DNA of 64,000 bases from Oikopleura dioica (lineage: Eukaryota > Animalia > Chordata), in NCBI GenBank assembly GCA_907165135.1, contig OU015568.1:3596001-3660000 (forward strand), in the 5' to 3' direction. How positions within the stretch are numbered: the stretch's first letter is position 1; each line of letters starts with the position of its first letter. Below the pieces are notes generated by a model. That model worked only from the letters and a program-made list of their open reading frames with translations. It did not search any database and was not told the origin of the DNA. A program made the position numbers and the translations under genes. Shown here one piece after another: positions 47,959 to 59,237 of this stretch.

Positions 47959-49665
47959 TTATTTCATCTTTGTTATGTAAAGACTACAGGTCAAGAGTTT
48001 TGTGATGTTGTATCCGCTTTTTCGAAACATGCTCTGATTTTGATGGGTAATGTCGACGAGGCGAGGGATGTCAGTCCAATCTGGAATGTTCTGCAAGAAT
48101 TCTTTTTTCGATGACTTGTTTTTGATAAGGTTAGGTTCTATTGGAAGAGAGGTCGAGATTTGAGGCCAAACAAATCGAAAACGTGAGTCAGGATCTTCTG
48201 TGACGGGGTTTTCCAGCAAAAACGCAAAATCGATTCCAAAACGAAAAGGCGGTGAGATGAATTCGAATAGATCATCCACAACGTTAAACAAGTCGAAGTT
48301 CTTGTTAATCAATAGTCTAACGTGAGCATGTTCTACGATCCGACCTGGTTTCGGAGGAGCAATGATAACACGATTCTGAAGTTGTCCCATCTTCTCCGTT
48401 TTCTCAAAGTATTCAAGCTCCTCCTTAGAGAGTGGAATGTATGTACCACCATACTCTTTGCGAATTGCTTCTAGGTCTACTCTTTCATTTTTTATACCCT
48501 CTATCAGACTTTTTTCTGTTTCTTTCGATTTGAAAATATGACCCCAATATCTGGAAATTTTTGTCAAATGAGCTTCATTTCTTCTTTGATTCCATTCACA
48601 CTCGCGCATTACATGAACCTGACCTAGTTCATTCAATCGACGAAACTTTTTCTCCCATTCCTTGTCAGCTCCTCCTGGATTGCAGTCAACACAGTGAGTA
48701 TGGTAATAACATCCAAGAAATTCAAAAAAATGATGTTGACCATCGACATTAGCATATCCGTCGATTTTGAAGTTCTCTACTTGATGTTCACCCCTAAAAT
48801 ATTGATGTTCCAAAGGAACTCTTTCACCATTTGATTGAACAAGCAAGGGGCTAAATTCGTCAATGAATGTTAGCCACTGCAGGGCTGCGAAACTGTTTCC
48901 CGTAGACATGATCCTTTTGCGGAAAACGGCGTTGTCAAACTTCTCCCAAGTAATGCCTAAACATTCTTCGATTTCACCTTTATTTTTGCATTTTGAATTT
49001 ACCTGGCGTTGTCGGTAAGCTCATCTTTTGAGCAAACAAATACAAGGCATTAAAATCCAAAAAGACGATACGCGTGAAGGGATCTCCGTTCGGGGCAAAC
49101 TTGGCATTTTTAAGGGCATCAACATCCGGGCGGAGCTCAGTGTAGCGAGAAAAAACGTTAACCAGCCCACCAATAATATTTTCACGCAAAAGTTGGTGCT
49201 CTTTTTTGAAGTTTCTGTGAAACGAGTCTAGATATAAATAATAAGAATATATATCCATAAGAAAATTGCTTACATGTCAGGGGCGAAGCTTTGGAGTAGC
49301 GCTGCGAAGTAAAGCAAGCGAAGTTCAGCGTGAATCGTCGTCACTTTGTTTGTTGTGTTGACTGGACATTCCATTGTCTCGATGTCGAAAGTGACTAAAA
49401 TTTTTTAATTTGGAGAGTTTGTTATTCAAGGTCTACCGAAACGAGTTTTTCTAAAGCCTCTCATCCTTTCTGAAAGGTAACCAGCTCGTATTGCTATTTC
49501 GATCGGATAAATTGTATCGCCATATGGACATTGGAGTGGTATCGTTTCTTTTTTGTGTTGACAAGCTTTAACATGTGCCTCGAAATTTGATTTCTTAACA
49601 TTTTCGTATCCACAAGAAAGGTTTTCGCATTTATAAACATTGGAGAAAACATCCATGTTATACAA
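47959..49665 (-). pseudogene. Protein-primed family B DNA polymerase remnant, spliced and internally deleted
   Basis: ExoI VTFDIET, RENIIGGL, motif A FLDFNALY, and a nuclease-like insert IDGY...FEFLGCYYH...MRECEW. Introns at 49395-49436, 49228-49273 and 48957-49002. No motif B or C. Confidence 0.85.
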
Positions 49666-49894
49666 AAATCTTGTGTTTCTTTATCTCAGCTTTACAATTT
49701 ACTCTCTCAAGTATAAGGCCCTTTTGAGTCGAAGTATTCAATTAAAATATTCGCAAACTTAATTTACTGAGATTACTGATATTCTTGAACTCGCAAAAAC
49801 CTTTTCTGGAAATTCTAAAAGACCTTTTGTGAAATTCGAAAAAGACCAAGGTCCGAGAGCAAGAAAACCTCTGTTAAAAACTAAAAAACTGTCC

Positions 49895-50150
49895 TCAACT
49901 CAGTCATACCTCCGGAAACTGGCCTGATCCTATGAAAACCTCGAAAAACTGGTCCGAGCCTAGAAATACCTCCAAAAACTGACCTTAGCTCAGTTATAAC
50001 TCTGGAAACTCGCCTGTTCCAAGTAAAACCTCTGGAAACTGGTCTGAGCCGAGTAATACCTCTGGATACTGGTCGAGCCCAGTTAGACCTCCAAAAGCTG
50101 GTCTCAGTTCAGTAATACCGTCGGAAACTGTCCTGAGTCCAGTCAATTCC
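49895..50150 (+). repeat. Degenerate ~30-bp array upstream of pPolB
   Basis: Units resembling AATACCTCYGGAAACTGGTCYGAGCC. Confidence 0.65.
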
Positions 50151-50424
50151 TGAAGACTGCTCTTCATCGAACAAGGCCCTTTATTTGCTTGAGTAAATCC
50201 GTAAACTATAAAATATATTTTTCCTGTCATTTTATTTGCAATAAAGATGAGAACCTTTTATCTTTGAGAGCTTGTTTGTCTTTTATTTTTGTTTTTAAGG
50301 CACATTTTTCTACAGGAAGCTTATTATCACGAATGTTTTTCTTGGCGGTTTGAAGAAGCTGCGTCTTGCTCTGGATGAATCTAAATAAATGATTAGGTTT
50401 TTGCCTGCGAATTTGTTTTCTTAC

Positions 50425-50973
50425 CTAATAGCGTTTCTGTCTGTGACAGATTTGTAAGGGTTGAGTGCGCGTCCGTCGGCGTTGTGGTCTGTTGGCCTCT
50501 AATTTGCGTTTATTTTCTGTTTGGAAGAAAGCTTATTTTACCTTCAGCTTGATGATCCTCAATTGCCGGGCGCTGAGTGATATCCATTTCGTCCTCACTC
50601 TCCAATTCTTCGATTCGATCCGGATTCCGAATCATTCGAATTCTTCGGGGCTCACGTTGTCTCTGTCTATTTCTTCCGTCTATTGAAAACTTTAGAACTC
50701 CTTTGAAAGATTTGATTTCTTACTTTCGTAGACGATATAGAAGAAAAGTAATAGGATGAGAATAGCGATGACGCGATCATTCGTGCGCACACGTCCTTTT
50801 TGTATGTCGACATCGAATTCGAAGTCATCGTCTGGATTTGTACATTCACCCTCTGGGTTCGAATGATTTCTGCTCTGATCGTCTTGCTGTCTGCCTTGAT
50901 CCGGGAATCCCTCTCCGTTTCGGCCATTGTTTCGATTTGGGCCACTGAATCCTTTGAAGAATGGAAAGAACAT
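50425..50973 (-). CDS. Maverick accessory single-pass membrane protein (2 introns; start uncertain)
   Basis: TM segment VIAILILLLFFYIVY. Introns 50680-50723 and 50499-50541 preserve the frame. Confidence 0.6.
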
Positions 50974-51059
50974 TTCTGAATGGAAAAACTGTCTACAATA
51001 TTCTAGTTTTAGTTTCATATCAGTATTCAAAGACAGCTTTTCTCCTTTAAGTGGCAGGT

Positions 51060-51543
51060 TTAAATTTCGAGTGGAAGTGGTGCTGAGATCGGCGTGTAGT
51101 GAACTAAGAATATATTTTATGAAGGCGAAAAGGAATGATAGAGATTACCGTTTCTTGTTGGCTTAGGTGTCTTCTTCTTCTTCTTCTGGCAGAGGATGAG
51201 GATCAAGGTGAGAAGGAGAATAGTGTTGAAGGCGAGGAGGGTGATGACGATCATTTCAACCATGGAGAAGGTTTTTGGCGTGTTGTTTTCGTCTATTCAA
51301 GGTAAGAATCTTTTTGTCTATCTACTTTTACCAAGTTGGTTGACGTTTGAAGTTTCATTGATAATGGATGACGTAGCAGTCGGTGGTGTCCGTGTAGAGG
51401 TGATATTTGCCGACTCGTTACCGACTATTTATGTAAAATTCTGTTTTTCATTAATTCTTACGAAGACGGCATAGCTCGGAGACGGTTCGTTCATCATAGT
51501 AGTCCCATCGATAATCTTGGTCAAACTCCGACGAGTCGTCCAT
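51060..51543 (-). CDS. Maverick accessory single-pass membrane protein (3 introns)
   Basis: MDDSSEFDQDY..., an S/T-rich stalk with N-sequons, TM MIVITLLAFNTILLLTLILILC, KKKKK, and tail VHYTPISAPLPLEI*. Confidence 0.7.
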
Positions 51544-51609
51544 CGCGTCACGATTTTCAGTCTTATTTATGAAAGAATTTTATGCAATCTCTAGCGATCT
51601 GAGTTTCTT

Positions 51610-51898
51610 TCACAGCCTAAACATTGTCGGGGTTCTGGGTCGACGGAACAAGAACCAGACAAGGTTGATGAAGGGGAAAATCGCGAAAGCCAGTCCAGCA
51701 AGGTAGATGATGAATGTAGCGAGAAGACCAACGCATTGAATCGCGAGAAAGACAAGGATCGAGGATTCGATGAAAGTGAGACCTTTTTTTAATTAAGTTA
51801 AAAATGAAAGAGTTTTCTGTTTTCTTTTTACCTCTTTGCTTGTTGACTTGCTGCTCAAGGTCCGAATCGTGAACGTCGTCGCCTTCGTAATTGTCCAT
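51610..51898 (-). CDS. Maverick accessory hydrophobic membrane protein (1 intron)
   Basis: Intron 51783-51831 joins an acidic N-terminus to a ~40-aa hydrophobic stretch followed by RRPR. Confidence 0.65.
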
Positions 51899-52003
51899 TA
51901 GCCCAGATTTCCGATTCAGTCTTTTATGTAAAAAGATGTTATTTATTCACTTTCTTTCTAATTTAATCATTCAAAAAACATTCTTTTCACAGTCCTTTTT
52001 CAA

Positions 52004-52606
52004 TCACCAACTGTCGATCCATTCTTGCCAGGATACTTGAGGGCACCTCCATTCGTCCTTCTTGTCCTCTTTGTCATCTTCTTGCTGTTCTGTCTGCGTG
52101 TTGCTATCCACAGTCGGTTTCCGTCCGTCTTTCTTTTGCCGTCTTTCATTCAGAATCATTCGTTCTTCGTCTGCGCGTCTGTTTTGCAATTCGAGGTCGC
52201 GTTCTTCTAAGAAGACTTTTTTAGTAATAAAATAGGCTGATCTAAATACCTTCATTATCACAGCAATGCAAAACAAGCACTCTCCGTAAGTCAACCCAGA
52301 AGGAGGTTATTCGAACTCGTCTTTTGTAAATGAGGATTGCGAGCATGACCACTATTATAACCGAAACTGGGGCTAGAATGAAAATGAGAATGATCTTCCT
52401 ATGTAACTCAATTTACCCGCTATTCCGACAGCGATGATTTTTCCATTGAAAATTCCGTCGGGTTCGATTGTATTCGTTGAGGTACCATTGGTAACGGTCG
52501 AAAATGTGTGAGTCGTCGACGTTGATCCAAGAGAGGTTGTAGATGTTGTGTCCGTTCTGTGACCGGGGAACGTCAAAGGAGGGTGGATTGTTGGGAAAAA
52601 AAACAT
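52004..52606 (-). CDS. Maverick accessory mucin-like single-pass membrane protein (2 introns)
   Basis: Thr-rich stalk, TM IIAVGIAAPVSVIIVVMLAILIY followed by KRR, and a charged tail ending WQEWIDSW*. Confidence 0.7.
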
Positions 52607-53483
52607 TCTTAACTCTTTTCGACTTTATTTTAACGTAATTTTCAGCTGATTTTATTAAAAATAGGGTGTAGATTTTGAGATGAATTTAGTTTACTTGAAA
52701 GAATAACTGCCTGAAACCAAGTTTACATCAAAATCTACACCCCAGTTCAATTATCTTCAGCGAAAGAAAAAAAAATTTGTAAAGCAGGTCAGATAAAAAG
52801 TCGAAAACAGTCTTTGAGCGTCAATTTGCCGGTCAATTCATATCGGTTGTTATAATTTTGGCAAGTGGAAGAAGTCTTTGAAAGTTAATTTAACTCTTAT
52901 TTCATATCGCCTTGTCTTATTGTTTGTAAATAAAAAATAAACGCAAAATTAAACCTTTCTTGTTTCTTGAAATGCACTCTATCGTCCAAAGCCTTTGTTA
53001 CGCTATATTAGAATTTTTTTTATCTGTTCATCCTTTTTTTTTTCATACCTTGTTTCGGATTAGTCGCATGTGGACGAATTTCGCGTGGAACATTTTGTCG
53101 TCTCTATAAGAATCTCTCTTTAGATTAAAATATTAAGTCATTTTAAGTCAATCAGTTTTAAATAAAGAAAATAAAAAGATTGATTCTCTCTTGATGTTGT
53201 TTGCGCTTTATGGCAACTTCAAGTTATGATCTGGTGATGAACCTGCATCAGGTGGTTTGATTTTATTGCCTACGCATTCGAGGGGTGAAGGAGCGTGCTC
53301 AAAACTCGCGCGCCCTGCGGTTCTCGCCACCGATTCGCCGATTCATCCCCACGCGCTTAAGACTGCGAGTAACAGTAAAGCGCGCGCTGCTACAGATTCT
53401 CCACTCGGCCAGGCGCCAAAAACTTGCATTCTTTACACATTTTTGATAAGCGTGAGAAACCACCTATTCCCACGAGAACCAAG

Positions 53484-53858
53484 ATGATAAACCTGCAAGA
53501 TCAAACAAAGATACTAGATACGGATGAAGAGAAAGATCTCATGAGCAAAATCGAAGAAGGAGATCTTGCTGCCCTCATCAAAATTCAATCTGAATTAGGT
53601 ACTCTTATTTTCATCTTTTCATTTCTGAAACATAATAGATGCGAAGCAAGCAGCTTCGACTTTCATCATCAAGATCACTAACGGTCAACTTGCAGAGTTG
53701 CAAAAAATCGTAACAGGTATTTTTCAATCGTGAAAGAAAAATAACTTATCTCTCTATAAGAAAAGATCGCGTCTAAAATGGATACTACCACGGAGGATCA
53801 GACTGAGGAAATGGAAACTTCCGGCTCTGCTAAATCTGACGATATGGACACAAACTAG
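53484..53858 (+). CDS. Maverick accessory acidic helical protein (2 introns)
   Basis: MINLQDQ...SEL|DAKQ...IVT|EKIASK...DTN*; two short GT-AG introns keep the frame. Confidence 0.65.
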
Positions 53859-54232
53859 GTAAATTTACGTCTCTTTTCCGACCAGAAATAAGCTCTTTTT
53901 ACGGTTCCAGCTCAAGCAACAATTATTATCATCCGAAGCATAAAAACAAGTCTCCTCTCCTCGTTGATTCCGACAATCACCATTTCATTGAAAATCTTCT
54001 CCAGTTTGTTCCTGACGCTATTGATAATTGATAAATCCGCTCGTTAATAACCTTCGAAACCGCTTATCACACCCGTTCATTTTCTTCTGAGTTCTTAAAG
54101 ATACCTGCGCCACTTATTGAAAAAGTTCTTCCCTCTATTATAACCTGCCATTATAATTCAAATGAACAGTTCCTCAATAATTTAATTGAAATAAAAAAGA
54201 AACTCGGTCACATATCTACTTGTTTCTTTTAT

Positions 54233-54502
54233 TTAAACAAGAGTATTATTGACGGCATCAAAAGGTTCTGAAATCGTGATATTCTCGCGTCGGTCAGGAT
54301 TTTTTCGGGAAACATTCTTCTTTTTCTCACAGATGATCATACACAATTTTGTGTAGAAGCCAACTGTGATGATAAGGCCAATGAAGGCAACGCCGGAAAC
54401 CCCAGTAAAAAAACGATGCTGGATTGAAAGAAGTTGATCTTTGAGCTCGCAGATGACATCGAAAAAAGGAAACTCTTCCGAAAGTGGAAGTGAGCGATTC
54501 AT
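54233..54502 (-). CDS. Maverick accessory single-pass membrane protein
   Basis: 89 aa with TM VSGVAFIGLIITVGFY and a basic juxtamembrane segment. Confidence 0.55.
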   Translation of the reverse strand: MNRSLPLSEEFPFFDVICELKDQLLSIQHRFFTGVSGVAFIGLIITVGFYTKLCMIICEKKKNVSRKNPDRRENITISEPFDAVNNTLV

Positions 54503-54719
54503 TTTTTTTTAAGAATAATTGTGGACCTTATCGTTGCATATTTATGGACTTTTCAGTGCTTATTATCAGTGCTTTTTTCAAACTTGGCAACAAAATGACA
54601 AAGTCAAAGTTTTTTAGACACCATTTTTATTTATAATTTTTTTTTTCGGTAAACATGAGTAAATAAAGACAAACACAAGATAAAGAAAACACCAAGGAAC
54701 GCATAAAGGAAGGTAGAAA

Positions 54720-56426
54720 TTAAAGTTGAGTGTAAGTTTTTATGGGCGAAATTGTGGGAGAAGGATCAGGGTAGTCTTCTTGTTCATAGATGGTCTCTTC
54801 GATAAATTCTATTGCATCTTTTGTGAGAATCCCAAATCTGAAACAGTCGTCAAGTGTTTCGCCTAAGAGGTATGGGCTGAGACAATGCTCTATAATCGTG
54901 TCTTGAGCAGGGGTGGATATTTTGATTTCAAACCTCATTTCAAACCCCGAAATTCCCGTTCTCGACCAATCAGGATGGTCAAATTTGGGTTGAAATGAGG
55001 AGTTGAAATGAAAATATCCACCCCTGGTCTGGAGTACCTCCGCGTGAAGGATTTTCCAGTTCTGATTGAAGTTGCTGTCTTTCTCTCTCCTCTGCTTCGG
55101 CAACCAACCCATTGATCATGGCATCGTCAACACTGTCGTCGTCGTCAAAGGTATCAGTGAGATCGATAACTATGAAAATATATTTATATATCTTTTTTTT
55201 TTTAATAATAGATACCTTCTGACCCGTCTTTCATATGACCATCGACGTTGATTTCCCGATCAGGAGAGCCTGTTAAGTCAATAACTGAATCATGATAAAC
55301 AATCTGGTAGAAAAATGTCTCTAACCTTGATCGTTTTTGTTTTCAGCAGGTGCGGCGAAGCGGATAACGCTTCTCCCGAAGCGCTGGTTAGGATCGTAGT
55401 CAGGTGGAGGTGATTTACCGATGATTTCCCATTGGGATGGACTCCAGAGTTGCCATTTTTGAGACTCCTGCTGATCATCTTGACGTCGACAGCTTGATTC
55501 AGGACTGCCCTGGATCAGTTGAGAGCTTGGTCCAGGAGTGTCCTCGATCAGTTGAGAGCTTGGTGTAGGAGCGTCTCCGATCAGTCGTGAGCTTGATCCA
55601 GGTGTGTCTTCGATCAGTTGAGAGCTTGGTGATGGAGCGTCCCCGATCAGTCGAGAGCTTGGTCCAGGTGTGTCTTCGATCAGTCGAGAGCTTGGTCCAG
55701 GGGTGTCTTCGATCAGTTGAGAGCTCAACTCACCTTCGGTTTGAGAATTTTGTCTTGAGTGATGGTCTTTGTTATTGACATCATGAGCAGGCTGAAAGAC
55801 TTCTTCTTCCGACTCGTAGTCCTCAACGTTTGAATAATCGTCACTCTCTAAAGCATCAGGCTCATTTTCGGACTTATCTTCCTGTTGATTGTTTTCTTCT
55901 AAGTCGTCAGCGGTATTCTCTTGCTTTTCTTCGTGTCGTGTATAACCGAAACTATCACGAGTTTGCTCATCCTCGATGTCATCGAAAACGTTTCTTGGTT
56001 GGACAGCTTCTCGGCGGACTCGTTTTGAAGGTTGTTCCGCGGCTTCTTCCTCTCGCAGTCTCTTTGAGGAATGGGCTTTTTTCTGCTTGAGTTTATCCTG
56101 ACGCGCTTCCTCTGAAGACTTGGTTTCCTCCTCGGAGTCAAAGACCAAACGCCGTCTCGCGCCTAGAAAGTTTTAAAACTCTTTCGTAAACACCATGATA
56201 TACCGCGAAGATTCGACCTCACATATGAGAGTTTTTCCTTCCGGGGAGCTTTTGGAATGGAATTACCTCGGGTGTGGGGAGGTGTGGTAGGAACCCATTC
56301 TTCATCACACGAGTCCTCTTCAGAGGAAGACTCATAAGCGCTAGAAACGTCACAATCGATCTCACTGCTAAATTCTTCGAGAATGTGTTCGAGCCTGAGG
56401 TTGCACTGGGAGCTTTTATCAGTCAT
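54720..56426 (-). CDS. Maverick acidic disordered protein with 11-aa repeats (3 introns; 3' end uncertain)
   Basis: Introns 56163-56203, 55270-55325 and 55170-55215 keep the frame. Motifs ARRRLVF and EVIDLTD; 33-bp repeat at 55512-55726. Confidence 0.65.
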
Positions 56427-56949
56427 ATCAAGTGTCCCCCCTGAAAATATGATAAGGTAATAAGAATCGTATTTTTCTCTACTTACGTAAATCACGAAGG
56501 ACTGGTTCTTTGTCCTCGACATTTGCGAGTTCGTCCTCAAACTCGCTAGCAAGTCGGTCTGTTTCATTGCGGTAATTAATATCTGCTTTTTGTATTTTCT
56601 TGAGAATTTTCAAGCACTTAGCCATTTTAAAATTTGACAGATAGGCCAAATTTTGCACGATATTTATACGGACTGATCTTCAGCGCCGACGTAGATTTTT
56701 TGGCACACTTGTTTATCAACGCCAATTACCGGTTGCTTTGAAAATTCAAGCGATCATTTGTTCAAAATGTCAGTTTATTTTCCAGCGTTTGAACAAATTC
56801 ACAATATTTTATTGACTCTGGACCTATATTGACTCAACTCATGCATATTTTTCTTTGATGTATTTATAAATAGTGTCAAAGGACGTTTCCTCTTTTGAAC
56901 TGCGTAAGATCTGGTCGAAAACAAAAAGACCACTTGTAAAAATATCGCC

Positions 56950-57280
56950 TCAGCCCAAAAATACCTTTCAGAAATCGCCCCGATCCCAAAAATACCTCAG
57001 GAATCGCCCCGATCCCAAAAATACCTCAGGAATCGCCCCGATCCCAAAAATACCTCAGAAATCGCCCGATCCCAAAATACCTCAGAAATCGCCCTCGATC
57101 TCAAAAATACCACAGACATCGCCCCGATCCCAAAAATACCACAGACATCGCCCCGATCCCAAAATACCTCAGGAATCGCCCCGATCCCAAAATACCTCAG
57201 AAATCGCCCCGATCCCAAAAATACCTTTCAGAATCGGCCTGATCCCAAAAATACCTTTGGAATCGGCCTGAGCCAAGTAA
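56950..57280 (+). repeat. ~29-bp tandem array (ATCGCCCCGATCCCAAAAATACCTCAG), inverted relative of 46750-46947
   Basis: About 11 units; core matches the reverse complement of the 46.8-kb array. Confidence 0.9.
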
Positions 57281-58204
57281 TACTTTCAAAAGCTGGTCTA
57301 TGCCCAACAATACTCCGTTCCGAATCCCTGATTCCAATAACACTCTGTAGCAGCAAGGAACTCGATATTGTTGCTCATATTTCTTAGCTGGACTTCTGCG
57401 ATCCTGATAATTTTTCTTTTTACTTCATATGAACACTTTTTTCTTGAATAGAAAAACGATTTTTTTTATATTTAAGATAATTTATTAAGGATATCCAATG
57501 ACGATAACAATAAATAAAAATCAAGCTTCATTTTACAGAAATAGAAATATTGAGAGTAGCTTACAAAGGAATAAGTGTTTTAGAGTTTCATTTTACTTTT
57601 TCTTAGAAGTATAAGTACTGTTCATGCTATTCATCTTCTTGTTTCATTTTATGTCGAGTGTGAAGATTCTTGCCGCTCGAGCGAACTTGATTCGAAAATG
57701 AACCAAAAGAGGGAGCCACATTCTTTGAGATAACCCACTGAGTCCGAAAGGTTCGAACCTTCCGTGGAGCGCAATGTCAATAGACTCTGAGCCCATGGAA
57801 GGAGCACTAGTTCCGGGCGCGTTCAATGCGTAATTCCCCGCCGCGCCATCTTTTTCAGTCAATCAACGTTCGATTTCGGAAGGTTCTAGTTTTCGTTACG
57901 CTTTTAAACTTTCACAGATATTGTTAACAGGTCTGTTTCTGAAAATATCAAAAAATTAGAGCTTTTTAAGCTCGGTGCTAGCTTCAAAAGTAAGAGAAAC
58001 TGATTTCTCGCCCGCGCTCACCCTCTTATGCACTACCGCGCCACGACCTTCACTCAGTATTCTGTAGGTTTCGGAAAATTTGAGTTTTTGTTACGCCTGG
58101 AAATTTTTTTGGCGGTACAATTAATTTTGAAGAGCAAATTATGAAGAAGTTTCATCATTTTAGTATCCGGAAAGTATTTTTCATTGAAATTTTATCTGAA
58201 AGAA

Positions 58205-58647
58205 CGAAATAGATTTCCGTCATTTTGGGTGAAAAGTGCCACGCCGCGCGCCGCCTTCCCGATACAAACCCTACTCATGTTTATATTTGAAAAGTCTCAT
58301 CCAAGGGACAGTTTTTGTAAAAAATAACATAAAAGTTTCTAGAAGGTTATTTGAATAACGGTTATCGTAATAAAAAGTTATTTGAATAACAAGTTATTTC
58401 AATAACAAGTTATTTGAATAACTTGGTTATTCAAATAACCTTCTAGAAATTTTTTGTTATTTTTGACCGTCCTTTGTTTGGATGACTCATGTTTATGTTA
58501 CATATTTAGTTTACTAATATTTATCATATGTTTACGTTTTATATAAATATTTTAGCTTGTTTACATATTTCATAAATATTTATAATTATTTACCTTTCTT
58601 TGTTTACATTATCTCCATTATTGAAAAAAGCTTATGTACATACTACT
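58205..58647 (-). repeat. Right TIR
   Basis: See left TIR. Confidence 0.95.
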
Positions 58648-58656
58648 GAGTCTAAC

Positions 58657-59237
58657 CTTGAAGAGTTTGAGGAACCGATTGAACGGCAACTGGTTGCTGA
58701 GCAGAGTACGCAGGGGGTGGCTGACTTGGATAATCATTCGCTTTATGGGCTTCTTGAGCAGCGCTATGGTGGACAACAGTCGTTTGTTGGACAGTATTTG
58801 CTTCAGTAGAAGGCGACTGGTTGATTTGGCGATTCTTGTAATTGTTCAGCTGGTAGCCAGTTTGAAAGAGGACGAGGACAGAGAACGCCAAGGCTAGAAA
58901 AATCCATTTGATAGTTGTCAATTCCCGATTATAAGAACTTACCGGCGCATGACATTCCAAGGCATGCTTTCATCAAGTCCAAAGGCAGATAGTAGTAACA
59001 CCAAAGTGCGATGATCATGCAGCAAGAGGTGAGATTCAAAACCACCACCCACCAAATCGTAGCGTATTCGACAATCACACTCCTCCTCGCAATGGATGCC
59101 CCGTAGCAGACGGAGACCGCGATGATTGCCTTATTGAAAACAAGCCAAAAACATGCTGTCAATGCAACATCGCCGACCTCGTAGTATTTACACCTGGTAG
59201 TGTATGCTGGCTCTATATCTGGAATATCGTGGATCAT
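58657..59237 (-). CDS. 5' exons of host multi-pass membrane protein with PPAY motif (continues at 39510)
   Basis: Hydrophobic segments in exon 1, a short intron near 58894-58942, and a Q/P-rich exon 2 ending at donor GTTAGA (58656). Confidence 0.78.

Larger units (their letters stand above)
39553..58647. mobile_element. Maverick/Polinton endogenous virus, 19,095 bp, decayed
   Basis: 443-bp TIRs, AGTAGT...ACTACT ends, 6-bp TSD GAGTCT (39547-39552, 58648-58653), and ATPase, integrase, protease, MCP and pPolB genes. Confidence 0.97.

Noticed and set aside
56873-57271. Pro/Lys-rich ORF (also 47430-47801)
   Set aside because: Open only because of tandem repeats; no independent coding evidence.
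57735-57760. Hammerhead-like CTGAGTCCGAAAGG..CGAA
   Set aside because: Lacks the CUGANGA core and a closed stem II/GAAA.
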